DNA of 61,311 nucleotides, counting the filler, from Porpidia crustulata (taxonomy: Eukaryota), in NCBI GenBank assembly GCA_964255105.1. It is 15 parts of 15 records of this genome, joined end to end, with 100 filler letters (N's around TTAATTAATTAA, not from the genome) between each part and the next. Parts side by side here need not be neighbours in the genome. Positions count along the whole stretch, not along the records: positions 49,214 to 53,181 come from CAXUWE010002184.1; positions 53,282 to 57,247 come from CAXUWE010002185.1; positions 57,348 to 61,311 come from CAXUWE010002186.1; 12 more parts are not named here. The stretch is one strand, 5' to 3'. The position numbers were made by a program, and so were the translations under genes. A model generated the notes under the pieces. It had not been told where the DNA came from. It did no database searches and saw nothing but the letters and a program-made list of their open reading frames with translations. Numbering within the stretch: the first letter of the stretch is position 1; each line of letters opens with the position of its first letter. This document shows positions 49,214 through 61,311 of this stretch, piece by piece.

Positions 49214-50192
49214 CGTATTATCATCAACCGTCGTGAAAATCATCGAATGGCTCAGCAGCTCGTCCCCGGCCTTCATCACATCCTGCACGCTCATGCCTAG
49301 ACTCGCCGCGATCCCGTGCACGTGCAGACCCTCGTTGTTCTGCGGGCTGTTCGCCAGCGTCTGGAACACCCGCTTCGCGCCCACGCTGACGTTGGGCATT
49401 TGGCGGCCGTTGCCCATGGTCGTGGTCGCGGTAGGATCTGGCTGGCCGGTGGCGTTGTTGGGTTCGGCTTTGACGGCGGTGGTGTCGAGGGGCCCGCGCG
49501 TGAAGTAGAGGTGCACGTACGTGGCTTCGAGGAGGTGCTGGGTGATTTGCATTTTGTCGGCGATGGGGCGGATGACGTGGGCGCCGACGTGGCGTTTGTT
49601 GTTGAAGGCCTTGAGGCGGCCCCAGACGTGGGCGTAGTCGTTTTCGGTGAGTTTGGGTTTTGGGGGATTGGCGGGATCGGAGGTAGAGGCGTCGACGTCG
49701 ATCCATTGTTTGACTTCGATGGTGCCGGTGCCGTCGTCGAGTTTGTAGGTGATGTTGGTGGCTTGGGTGGAGATGTTGCGGATTTGGCCGATGAAGGTGA
49801 TCTTGTTAGAGTTGTGTTGGTTGGTTGGTTTTTGGGGGTAGGTGTCGGGGGTGGAACATGTACCTGCATTATTTCTACATCATCGATACTAAATTCGCCT
49901 TCTTCGTGCGGTTGGCGGGCTTCGAGAATTTGTTTTATGGTGACTGGTCTGAGGGTTTCCTTGCCGTATGTGGGCTTGATGAGTTAGCAGGCTTTACTGT
50001 AATATGGAATAGCAGATAGCTTACCCTTCCCGGGGTAGTTTGGCTTCCACCTTGGGATCCGCTCATGAAGCCTCCACCACCTGCTCCGCCCTGTGCTCCA
50101 TACGATGTCGTGGTATACCCGCCCCCTTGATACTCTTGAAGTATAATATCTCAGTAGATGCTTGAGATTTGTATTGGGAAATTCCTACCCAT
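49214..50192 (-). CDS. RFA2: Replication protein A 32-kDa subunit, last codons missing
   Basis: G/S-rich N-terminus with SQ sites, TLRPVTIKQIL, OB-fold TFIGQIRNISTQATNITYKLDDGTGTIEVKQW, ITQHLLEATYVHL, winged-helix C-terminus EGLHVHGIA...IFTTVDDNT; three introns. Confidence 0.93.
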
Positions 50193-50329
50193 GGCGAATA
50201 TGTCTCCTCAATAGTACACTTCGCTGCTGGAAGTGACAAGCTGCAATTGTGGCGCACTCTGTCAAAGTGTTTGGTAAAAAATGCTACCATAGATGATATG
50301 CCACAAAAAGGTTCTTATTAGCTCCCAAA

Positions 50330-50406
50330 TCGCGTATTTTGGTTGTTTCTGGAGCCACAATTTGGACTCTGCTAGCTAGATGACGGTTGTTGATATATCG
50401 TCGCGT
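50330..50406 (-). promoter_or_regulatory. Two MCB-like ACGCGA sites upstream of RPA32
   Basis: TCGCGT at 50330-50335 and 50401-50406 in the RPA32/DBP10 divergent promoter; RPA genes are established MBF targets in yeasts. Confidence 0.4.
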
Positions 50407-50602
50407 GTTGGAAGCTCGGGAGACGTGTAAAGTGCTTTTACCCACCTGATCCGCGCTTACTACGTAGTAGTGCGGCCATTGTCGGCCCGAGCGTCTAGAT
50501 ATCCAAATGCAGGGATCACGGCCACATTGAAAAGTTCGTTACGATATCCATCCTCTTGCTATTAGAGTGAGGAGGACGTGTTCTTTATATGCTCCAATCA
50601 CA

Positions 50603-53181
50603 ATGCCTCATCGAGAACACTCGCCAGCGGCTTCCGAGAATGAGTTTGACATTTCCAAGACCCTCTTCGGCGATGGTAGTGGTTCTGATTCCGATAATGG
50701 GATGGCGCAGCAGCATCCTGATCGCAAAGCGCGAATGAATGCGCCAGATGGTATGATTGATCTGGAGGGAAATGTTTCAGATGATGCGGAATTTATTGCT
50801 GAGACGCAAGCTGCTTCAAATCGTAAAGCATCCAATTTAAAAGGTAAAACTGTCAAGAAAGGCGGTGGTTTTCAGGCAATGGGCTTGAATTCCAATTTGC
50901 TCAAGGCTATCACCCGGAAAGGTTTCTCGGTTCCGACGCCTATACAGAGAAGAACAATACCCTTGGTAGTTGACGGTCAGGATGTTGTTGGAATGGCCAG
51001 AACGGGTTCGGGAAAGACTGCAGCTTTCGTTGTTCCAATGATTGAGAAGCTCAAAACTCACAGCGCGAAAGTCGGAGCAAGAGCCTTAATCCTATCACCG
51101 TCTAGGGAACTCGCATTGCAAACACTTAAGGTCGTAAAGGAGCTCGGCCGAGGGACCGATTTAAAATGCGTACTACTTGTAGGAGGTGATTCCTTAGAGG
51201 AGCAATTCAATTTCATGTCAGCGAACCCTGACGTGCTAATCGCTACTCCTGGGCGATTCCTGCATTTAAAGGTCGAGATGGGCCTCGACTTATCATCTGT
51301 ACGCTACGTCGTATTCGATGAGGCTGATCGATTATTCGAAATGGGGTTTGCGGCCCAATTGACCGAGATTCTTCACGCTTTACCAGACGCAAGGCAAACC
51401 CTGTTGTTTTCTGCAACTCTACCTAAATCCCTTGTGGAGTTTGCTCGAGCTGGATTACGAGAACCAAATCTGGTCCGACTCGATGCAGAGAGTAAAATTT
51501 CTCCTGATCTTCAAAGCGTCTTTTTTACTTTGAAGAGTGCTGAAAAAGAGGGAGCACTGTTGCACGTACTGAATGACGTTATCAAAGTCCCAACAGGTCA
51601 GACAGACGTTGCCATTTTAGTCAAGGAAGAAGCGGTCAAGAACAATAAGAAAAGGAAACGAAGCGATAATGAAGGCCTGAAACCACGCGAATCTCCGACT
51701 GTTCATTCAACTATAATTTTCGCAGCAACCAAGCATGCAGTTGACTATCTTGCTACACTCCTACGTCAATCTGGCTTCGCGGTTTCGCATGCGTACGGAT
51801 CCCTTGACCAGACTGCGCGAAAGATGCAAGTGCAGGATTTTCGAACCGGCATGACCAACATTCTCGTTGTCACAGATGTAGCTGCCAGAGGTATTGATAT
51901 TCCGGTTCTCGCCAATGTCATTAATTATGATTTCCCTGCTCAACCCAAAATCTTCGTGCATCGAGTGGGGAGAACGGCTAGAGCTGGGCAGAAGGGATGG
52001 AGCTACAGTCTGGTCCGGGAGTCGGATACTCCTTATCTTCTAGATCTGCAACTTTTCCTAGGGAAACGCTTGGTATTGGGACGAGATGCGGGAGCTTCTC
52101 TAAATTACATTGATGACGTCGTGGTCGGTAGCATGGCCAGAGATCGTCTTGCAACTAGCTGTGAATGGGTATATAAGGTGCTCGACGAGGACGTGGACCT
52201 TGCAGCTCTTCGATCGGTGGCAGGCAAAGGCGAAAAATTGTATCTCAGGACCCGTAATTCTGCATCGAGTGAAAGTGCTAGAAGAGCAAAGGAAGTGACT
52301 GCGTCGAAGAACTGGATGGCATTGCATCCCCTATTCAATGACGACACAACCAACATGGAGATGGAGAGAGAGAAAATGCTTGCTAGAGTAAGCGGCTTTA
52401 GACCCACAGAGTCTATCTTTGAGATTGGGAAACGAGGCGCTGCTGGAGAGGCAGCTGAGATCATGAAGAAGAGAAGAGGAACCATCGATGCTAAGCGACG
52501 GAAGAAAGAGCAAATACAAGACGAGAATGAAGAACCGCGCTACCACGTACCAGAAGCAGATGATGTGCAGATCGAGACCGAAACAACGCCCCCAGAACTT
52601 GATTTGGACATGGCCTCGGCATCCGAAGAAGAGTTAGAAATAACCTTCTCCCAACCCACGATCGACAAGAAAAACCCCGACGTCCCCGCATACAAAGATT
52701 CCGAATTCTTCATGTCCTACATCCCCACCTCCCTCAATCTCGCCGAAGACCGCGGCTACGGCGTCCAGTCCGGCTCCTACAGCACCGCCTCACAAACCTC
52801 CAACTTCATCCAAGCCGCCCGCACCGTGACCATGGATCTCGCAAACGACGACGGCGCCACAAAATCCTTCGCCGAGCCCGCGCACTCGGGCATGCGCTGG
52901 GACAAGAAGAACAAAAAATACGTCGCCCGCGCCAACGACGACGACGGCTCCAAAGGCGCCAAAATGATCCGCGGCGAAAGCGGGCAGAAGATCTCGGCCA
53001 GTTTCCGCAGCGGCCGCTTCGACGCCTGGCGCAAAGCCAACAAGATCGATCGGTTGCCGCGCACGGGGGAGATGGAGACGCCGGCGAACGCGGCAAACCG
53101 CGGGGGAGGGTTCGGTGGGGCAATGAGATATCGGCATAAAGTCGAAAGGGCACCGAAGGAGGCGGATAAGTACCGTGATGA
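50603..53181 (+). CDS. DBP10: DEAD-box RNA helicase Dbp10 (60S biogenesis), 3' partial
   Basis: [51 protein letters not shown]-terminal WDKKNKKYV...[16 protein letters not shown]. Confidence 0.95.
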
Positions 53182-53281
53182 NNNNNNNNNNNNNNNNNNN
53201 NNNNNNNNNNNNNNNNNNNNNNNNNTTAATTAATTAANNNNNNNNNNNNNNNNNNNNNNNNNNNNNNNNNNNNNNNNNNNN

Positions 53282-53696
53282 GGGGGAGGGTGTGGTGGTT
53301 GTCCCGGATGAGGAGGATTTGCGGTTGGAGGATATTCCTCGAGCTGAGGATATTGGTGTGGTGGGTGGTTCTGAAAGGCAAAGGGATGGGAGCGAGGAGG
53401 GCTTGTTCGTGTCCGACGGTTCTGGGGAGGAAGGTTTGGGGTCACGGCGGAAGTCGTCGAGGAAGGACAAGGGGCCGCGTGGTGAGGAGCAGGGAAACGG
53501 GGCAGAGGATAAGAAGAAGATGGTGCTAAATACTACATACAATGGCTTCAGTATCTACGGGCGAATTCTGTGTCTGGTGGTGAAGAGAAAGGGGAATGTC
53601 AAGGGGACGGGCTCCGCAGTGGGCGCTGGGCAAGCGATGATGGAGGATTGGATTGCGTCTACGCAGATGTCGGATAGTCGGATGATGGATGAGTAA
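53282..53696 (+). CDS. 3' end of an uncharacterised fungal protein
   Basis: Acidic region then DKKKMVLNTTYNGFSIYGRILCLVVKRKG...GQAMMEDWIASTQ; open from contig start. Confidence 0.75.
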
Positions 53697-56600
53697 ATGA
53701 GCTAATTGTATTTGCAAAGGCGTCGTCCATGGTATCACGGTGATGTCCTGGGGGCGAATTTTGATTGCCGTGCTGGGGTGGGAGCTCAGCTTTGCCACAA
53801 TTCCTAAGCAGCTTCAGCTAAAAGCGCCTCTGGATAACGTGTGGCAAGACTACCCATCGGAGAGCCATAAATGATGTAGATCAAAAGATGCCTGGGCAGG
53901 TCTATTCCAAGACGTGGCAAATTCATGGCCGCACCTAAACGCCAGGGCAATTAATTCTCCGCGCTTGGCGTGCAGAAGCGAGCTGGAGTTGACAATATAC
54001 TAATTGGGGGCGAATCTGTCATGAAATTTCATACTTGTAATTGACGTGGTACCAAAGCGCGAGTTGGGGGCCATTCGTAGGATGAATCCAGCTATGAGCG
54101 GCCATTATTGAATCTTGTTCCCAGGCGGCATGCAGACTGCAATACAACTGATTCGATCAGATGGTCAAAATATGGGGCGACCACTTCGAATAGAAATCTC
54201 CCTGCTTATACTGCACTCGCTTCATGCCGCTGTTGGATGTCAGCCCTAAAGGAGAATTCCAGGTGTGTTTCAACCGGTCTTAAGCCCGTATCAAAAAGCA
54301 GGGCCGAAAAACAAGGTGCGTTGAGATACGTGTTGCCATGTGGCAGCCATAAGGCGAGGTGATGTATAATCTCCCAGGCACAGTTCTCCACGATCCACAC
54401 CACTTTGCTCGCCAAGACCGATTGAGTTTCGCACTGAGCTGAACAGCTTGCTGGTGCCATAAGCCACTGTACTCAGGGATCGGAGAACGGTGCACACCGT
54501 CTCAAGAGTGGAAAGCAGGATAATCGAGATGTGACGTCTTCCGGCCTTCCCGGTTGTTATTGCTCATATTTTTGATAATCCGGCCCAAGATCAGCCGAAA
54601 TCCTACGTTTGCTGTTGGAGTGCTTATGTCTCTTTGAAACTAAAAGCTAAGTACCTCTCTGGACACACGGCATATCAGATTCTCCAGGGTCTTGCGTCAG
54701 CTTCAACTCTTCGCCTATGCCTGTACTGGGTCGTTCGGGGTCCGAGCAGCTGCCCAATGTCAGCGCTGATTAGGACATTCTATGTAAATAGATACTTATC
54801 GCCGTCTTGAGTGATTTATCCGAGAGATTTGAGGCAGTCCGTGTCAGCAGTTGGTCACAATACCGCCCGAGGAACGATGAAGCGCCTCCAACCTAGAGGA
54901 TAATGTTGCATGCCTGCATGAGGTGTTTGCATCTATGTTGTGGGCTAAGTCTTGGTCCTGCGAGCTTATAATCTTCCGTGTGGTCCGATGCCCAAGACCG
55001 GACCGATCGATAGTTGTATCCCGAGAAACTATGAAATGGAAAAAGAGGCGTTGTTAGATATCCAAGATAGGGGCTGTTGAGCAGATAATGCCAAGCGGGT
55101 TCAACGGGACAATACGAGGCGCAAGGGTTGGGACTTAAATGACCGTTCCGAATCCGCTCATATCTACTCATCAAGAGGATGAAAGTTGTCAAAGCTGTCG
55201 CTTAATCGTTGAATATTCATCAAAGATCAAGGCGCATTCTATTTTAGGCGAGGAAAGTCATACCGACGCTGGGGGTGAGACCTATGAGGCTCATGAGGCC
55301 TATGAGGCCCAGTCGAGGCCAATTCCGAAATCACGATGGCACAGGCCTCGAATGCAGCGGCCAAGCCACACATTCACTTGTTCTTCGGGTCATCTGGAAG
55401 ACAATCTAAGACTTAATCGGGAATTGCTGTTGACGCCACCGCTAAACCTTTCCCTGAAGGGCTGACAGGCTGACAGGCTGACAGGGGGCCGATTGACCCA
55501 ACGCTATGGTTCTGGGAATTGAATGACTTTGATAACAGTCAGGGACCCTCTCTCTGTACGGGGATCAAGCATGTCGTGGTCGGGCGTGAATTTATAACTG
55601 TTTCAGTCGAGTACTTATGCAGAGGCATTTGATGAAACAGCTCGCTGTTGGGATGCAGCATGCAGGTTGTTGAATTAGCTGTAGAACGCGGAATTCTGGG
55701 TCAAGGTAAATCAAAGCCGGCGACCACTGATGAAAAGTAATTGGACGTTTTGGAGCAGACTGGCATACTACTAATACGTACCCTGTACCTTATGCTTGAC
55801 TGCATGTATTTGAGCCCCCAGATTTAGCAACTTTCGCCATCCTTGTAGCTGCAGCAATTCCACGTGGCCCTCGTGATCCCCTCCCCTGGTCGATCGGCGA
55901 TATCGACGAATGTCAGTAGTTCCCTTTTCATGTTGGTTGTAATACCTATTCACCTAGGTACTATACTAGGCTGATGGCTCATAGGTTAGGTATCTACCTA
56001 GGGGATATCTCACTTATGCATGAGTATGACTGTATTTTGAAGTTCCAATTCCAGGGGATTCGTCAATTGCCCCCGGTGAACCCTTGCAACGCCCAGACCA
56101 ATTGGCCAGTAATTTTCTTTTGTGCGACAACCAGTAACACACATCCCGTGGTCACTTCCACTCATTCCCATACCTGACTGTTGTTACACGGAAACCTTAT
56201 ACACATTGCAGTTGCATAAAGCCATACGTTTGGCATTAATTCAAACGTTCGTGGCAAATGAAAGCTTGTTAATCATGTTCGGGTATGACGACGACAGAGT
56301 TTCATCTTCCCCACGAGATTGGGATTGACGTTATCGGACGATGGTCTGCCTCAGGAGTTGGGGATTGGCGTTCAGGGGAGACAAGTCAAGCAAATTTCAA
56401 ACGCACGAGCACTTTGTTAGACTTTCGGACACGCGGCTCCTGGCAGAAACGATATCACGATCCATCGCCCCTCAGCTTAGCAATGCTGTTCGTAATCCAT
56501 GTCATTGGCCTGCATCATGATTCCTGGCTTTCGTGAGGGTGTGAGCAGTTCCTAGATCCTTCAATTGATGTGAGGTAGTATTAAAGTCTAGGATAGGAAT

Positions 56601-57347
56601 GGTGACACACGGACGGAGCAACTGTCGCCGTCAAGGCACCATGGTTCGACTTTGCCCGGATGGTGTGCGGAATTAGCCACAGAAGGAAACGAAGACATTC
56701 AATAGTCAACCCTCTAGTCTGGGGTGTGATTTGATATCAGCATAAGATAACGCTTTCCAATTTTCGAGATTTTGTGTGACTGCCTGCTTTACAAGCGAGT
56801 GGGCAACTGTTGACGAATATCAAAGAGCGTTCCTGCATTAGGCTCCACCATGTGTGAGTGGAGGGGTTGACATACGGAGTCTACAATTTGCCTCCATGTG
56901 CCACATCAAGGAGAATATTGAGAAACTAACGGCTAGAATCTATTTTGTGGTGTTCTGACCTCCAAATCCAAAGTCTCTCGGTCCATCTAAATAATCAAAA
57001 CAGTTACGTAGTCCAGCAGTTCAGCAGTCCAGTAGCTCTGTGTGAGATTAAAAAATGTAGAGCTTCGATTTACGATATCGAATCTGTTACGACCACTCAA
57101 TTAAGTTTCGAAGACACAGTTGCATGTAACGATGTTTGCATCAAATTTGAGGCCTAAAATTGGAATCAGAAGTTTGGATACGGCGATAATTGACGATTAT
57201 AATCTTACGAAGTCGCATCTTGGCTTTCTTAATTCCATCATGTGGCCNNNNNNNNNNNNNNNNNNNNNNNNNNNNNNNNNNNNNNNNNNNNTTAATTAAT
57301 TAANNNNNNNNNNNNNNNNNNNNNNNNNNNNNNNNNNNNNNNNNNNN

Positions 57348-57762
57348 CCTCTTCGCCTCCTCCTCCAACGCCGCCAATACCCCCTCGCTCATCTCACCGG
57401 CTCGCTGCATGAACCGATCCGGATGCGCTTCGACCCGGCGTTTCTTCGCTGCCGCCACGACTTCCTCGTGCGTGCTGGTCCAGGGCACCCGGATCGTGGC
57501 GTAATGGTCGTCCGGTCGCGGCGGGGGGGACGATGTTCGGGGCTAAATATTAAAAAACTTCTCAACTTGAATACTTGGATATTTATCAATGAGTGGGCGA
57601 TCTTACCGGCAACGGTTTCAAGGGCGCGGCTTTCTTGGGCCGGGGGTGGGAGTCCATGATGTGGGACATCCAGAGCCCGGCCGATGCCAGGACTTCGCCG
57701 CATATTTGGCAGAGGTAGTGGTGGTGTTGGGCGCAGTGCGGGCTGTTGATTGGTTCGGCCAT
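57348..57762 (-). CDS. C2H2 zinc finger plus J-domain (DnaJ-like) protein, 3' partial
   Basis: Exon 57762-57607 encodes YLCQICGEVLASAGLWMSHIMDSH; phase-0 intron 57606-57543; exon 2 DHYATIRVPWTSTHEEVVAAAKKRRVEAHPDR with HPD motif. Confidence 0.7.
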
Positions 57763-57983
57763 GTCTAGGGAAAGGAGTAAGCTTGGCTTGTGGATAAATG
57801 GAACGGTTGATATAAAAATTTGGGTTCTTTAGACTGGGTTGATGTATTATAATGAAAAACAAAAAGCTGGAGACGGTCGATCTTCTTATACTCCCACTCC
57901 CATGCTTTTTCGAAAGTTCGACATGGAAAATGGGCATTGCGTGCTGTGCGATCAGAGGCGAATTGGGTCTGAGTCATTGAAGA

Positions 57984-58061
57984 TTCCATGGATACAATGT
58001 CTGGGTCCTTGGAGCTTCCATGGATACAAGATTTGGGTCGTTGAGGCTTCCATGGATGCAA
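57984..58061 (+). repeat. 32-bp minisatellite, about 2.4 copies
   Basis: TTCCATGGATRCAA recurs at 57984, 58016 and 58048. Confidence 0.8.
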
Positions 58062-58416
58062 AGGAAGACCAGATTAGGTTTAGTTTGAAAGCCCACATTT
58101 TGCAAAATCTCTTGCCACACACGCAAGAAGTAGAAGAATCCATATCGTCAAACTCGATTCTCATCAAAAGCACAACTGTATCGGTAGAACACATCATCTG
58201 AACGCTCTAAAGTCAAGTGATGATGAACGAAACAGAAAAATTCGACCGAGACACTGTTAGATAACGTCGAATCATCGAAAATTCTTCTTGAAATAATCAT
58301 CAAATCTAATTGATGTTGGTGAGGATCGACTTTGCGGTATGGATTTTTTCTACTCCCCGCGTGCCACAGTCGCAAGAGCATCAACGCCAAGAATGGTATC
58401 TTCTTTTTTGAGTTTT

Positions 58417-59851
58417 CTACACCCACTCTATCGGGGTTTTCAGTACCCTCAACATCCTCCCTTCCCTGGTACCTTCCTCCGGCTCATGCATGTACATCCA
58501 CCTTGCGGTCAATGGTAAACTCATTAGCACGCTCTCAACCCTAGCTCCCGGCGTCGCAAGCCCAAAAGCTGTTCCTCTATCGTTCACGAGGTTGAATTCA
58601 ACGTATCTGCCTCTCCTCAGCTGCTGCCATTCTTTCTCTGCTTCTTTGAATGGCATGTCTTTCCTTTTCTCAATAATGGGCAGATAGCACGGCAGAAATG
58701 CCCCGAGGCAGTCTTTGACAAAGCTGAAGAGCTGCTCCTGATCCTTTTCGAAGACATCTAGATCGTCAAAAAATATCCCTCCTACCCCGCGTGACTCATT
58801 CCGATGCGGAATTCGGAAATATTTGTCGCACCAGGATTTGAACCGTGGGTAATAGGCTCGATCGTGTTTGTCACACGCTTCTTTGATGGTTTTATGGAAG
58901 TGGATGGCATCTTCGTCGAACAGATAGCTTGGAGTGAGGTCCGTACCGCCACCAAACCACCATGCATTACACTTACCATCTGCGTCCATTGTCTCAAAAT
59001 ATCGGTAGTTAAGATGTACGGTAGGAGCCATTGGATTGTTGGGGTGTAGGACAAGACTGAGGCCCGCTGCAAAGAACTCGAGGCTTGAAACGTCAGGGTC
59101 AAGCGCTTTATGATTGACACGCATTTTTTCAATTGCAGGGCGTGGGAGAGTGCCGTAGACGATTGAAGTATTTACACCTGCTTTCTCAAACGCATCTCCA
59201 CCTTGCAGAACGCACGAAACACCGCCACCGCCCCTTGGACGTGTCCATTTATCCATCTGGAATTTATGTGCAGGGTCGAGTGATTCAAGCGCCAATACTA
59301 TTTCTTTTTGTTTGGCCTCAATCAGGGCTTCCATGCGAAGCCGCATTGGAGAAGATTCGCTTATGCCTGATTCTCGCTTGACGAGCTCATCGCGGTCGGC
59401 GATTGAAGGGGAGTCGTTGAGCTGGATGGGAGAGGTGAGCTGGCATGTGTGATGGTCAGCTGCGAGCAAGAGAAAAGACATCTTGGAAGCAAACCATGGA
59501 ATATATAATGGAGCCGATCAAAACCACACCCACTGAGATACGCAGGTAGGGAGCATATACACGTTGCGGTGCTTGTTTTGCACTGGCACCAGAAGGAGGT
59601 GCTCCCACAGAGCCTAAGGGTGGTCCTTGGGGCTCTAGTAGGGCGACGGATTTGGCTTGCACCAGGGGCTTTGATTCCTGCTTTGGCTTCAATGGTAGAG
59701 GCTTTGTGATAGGCGTTGATGCCTTGCCATTTGAGTAAAGGCGGGCGTCGAGTCGTGCAGACAATAGAGGCCTTTGCTTAGAATGCACATCTCGAAAAAA
59801 GATCGTCCTCGTGCATGGAAAGTAATGTTTGCAATGTCTAGCTGACGTCAT
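58417..59851 (-). CDS. HEM13: Oxygen-dependent coproporphyrinogen III oxidase
   Basis: [56 protein letters not shown]; intron 59422-59494; N-terminal basic presequence plus hydrophobic segment. Confidence 0.95.
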
Positions 59852-60317
59852 ACTTCTATTTGGTGTTGTAATTAATCCAATGGACTGGAATCATATGGAA
59901 GCAGATTTATTACACTGAAAGGCTGTATAGAGAGAGAACTATTCTGGTTGTCTTCTGGCACCATCAGAGTGATAGAGAACGTCAATACCCGGGCAAAAGT
60001 ATTTCCGGATTGATTGATAAGGCTGAGCTAGAGCACATGACTAGACCATCACAAGCGGTGGGTCAACGGTCTTCATACAAAGAACTCATAATTATCACCA
60101 GGAAGACATATTCGAGATTGTGATTCATAGTCGCTCGTGATAAACATCAGTAATACATTTTTCGTTGTGTTTCGACACTTCGAGGTCATCCAGTATCCAG
60201 CTTACGTTAGCCGCTGGCTGTGAAGTTACTCATTCGCGGGGGCCTAATCATACCGCCGCTCTTCTTCTCATCTCCATTGCAACTTACATACCTTGGCTAT
60301 ATCTAAAACCCGATTAA

Positions 60318-60907
<590 letters not shown>

Positions 60908-61311
60908 AATCGATCGATGAAGCGCTTGCCCTTGCTGCGGATTACGAAATTGTGCATGCTCGGAACGATGGAAAGGGCGTTTTTAGTCGGCTCCCTTGTT
61001 TCTTTCCCTGTTTTTCGAGAGACGTGCGTATATTGATTTGAGTGGAATCGAAAGGAGGAAAGTATTCGAACAAGGAGGATGCAGCGATCGAGGACAGCCA
61101 CCCCCCAACCCAAGCTCCGCAATCTTCCATTCTTGGGTGCGGCAGATAGATGGTAACGGTGTCGACGCTCGGGGCTGTTGCTAGTTGATAATGAAACTCC
61201 TTACCCCGTTCGTTCTTTATCCAGTTCAGACTTTTCCCTCTGCTCACTAAACTTTCTTCCCAAAGATCGTCAAAGTAGTCTAGGTTCCGTGTTCCGCACG
61301 CAATACCACCA

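Noticed and set aside
53700..57247. 3.5-kb region with many short ORFs and micro-repeats (GCTGACAG x3 near 55461)
   Set aside because: No coherent gene, tRNA or RNA structure that I can support.
4021..57347. Fourteen regularly spaced (about 4.1 kb) TTAATTAATTAA palindromes flanked by N runs, superficially an array
   Set aside because: Artificial six-frame-stop linkers joining size-sorted contigs; not biological.
57984..58061. Repeated TTCCATGGAT units as a possible CRISPR-like array
   Set aside because: Intervening sequences resemble each other, there are under three copies and the context is eukaryotic; a degenerate minisatellite.

Overview
Eukaryotic genomic DNA from a filamentous ascomycete (Pezizomycotina; a hex1 Woronin-body gene and GT-AG introns with CTRAY branch sites are present). 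The window is not one locus. It is 15 unrelated contigs of about 4 kb, in non-increasing length order (4020 to 3964 bp), joined by identical artificial 100-nt linkers (N44-TTAATTAATTAA-N44), so gene neighbourhood across linkers has no biological meaning. Recognisable genes: RING E3 ligase, OSH4/KES1-like oxysterol-binding protein, Zn-dependent MDR dehydrogenase, YTM1, two PTH11-like membrane proteins, a CBM48/AMPK-beta-like protein, HMT1 ABC transporter, two Zn2Cys6 factors (one disrupted), mitochondrial IleRS, a SAM methyltransferase, a REI1-like C2H2 protein, ARG8, a DHA1 MFS transporter, hex1, an F-box-like protein, RPA32, DBP10, HEM13, ATG8 and a GMC oxidoreductase pseudogene. The strongest unusual signal is at hex1: a 192-codon spliced, in-frame N-terminal extension that has no AUG, lies in more than 1 kb with no ATG in any frame, and begins at a CUG in good initiation context, suggesting a non-AUG-initiated long isoform. 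Also notable are a 129-bp fold-back MITE-like element containing telomere-like hexamers, a spliced C2H2-plus-J-domain gene missed by the ORF track, a split Zn-cluster gene and an A11 frameshift in an MFS N-terminal extension. All family assignments come from motif recognition by eye; no searches were run.
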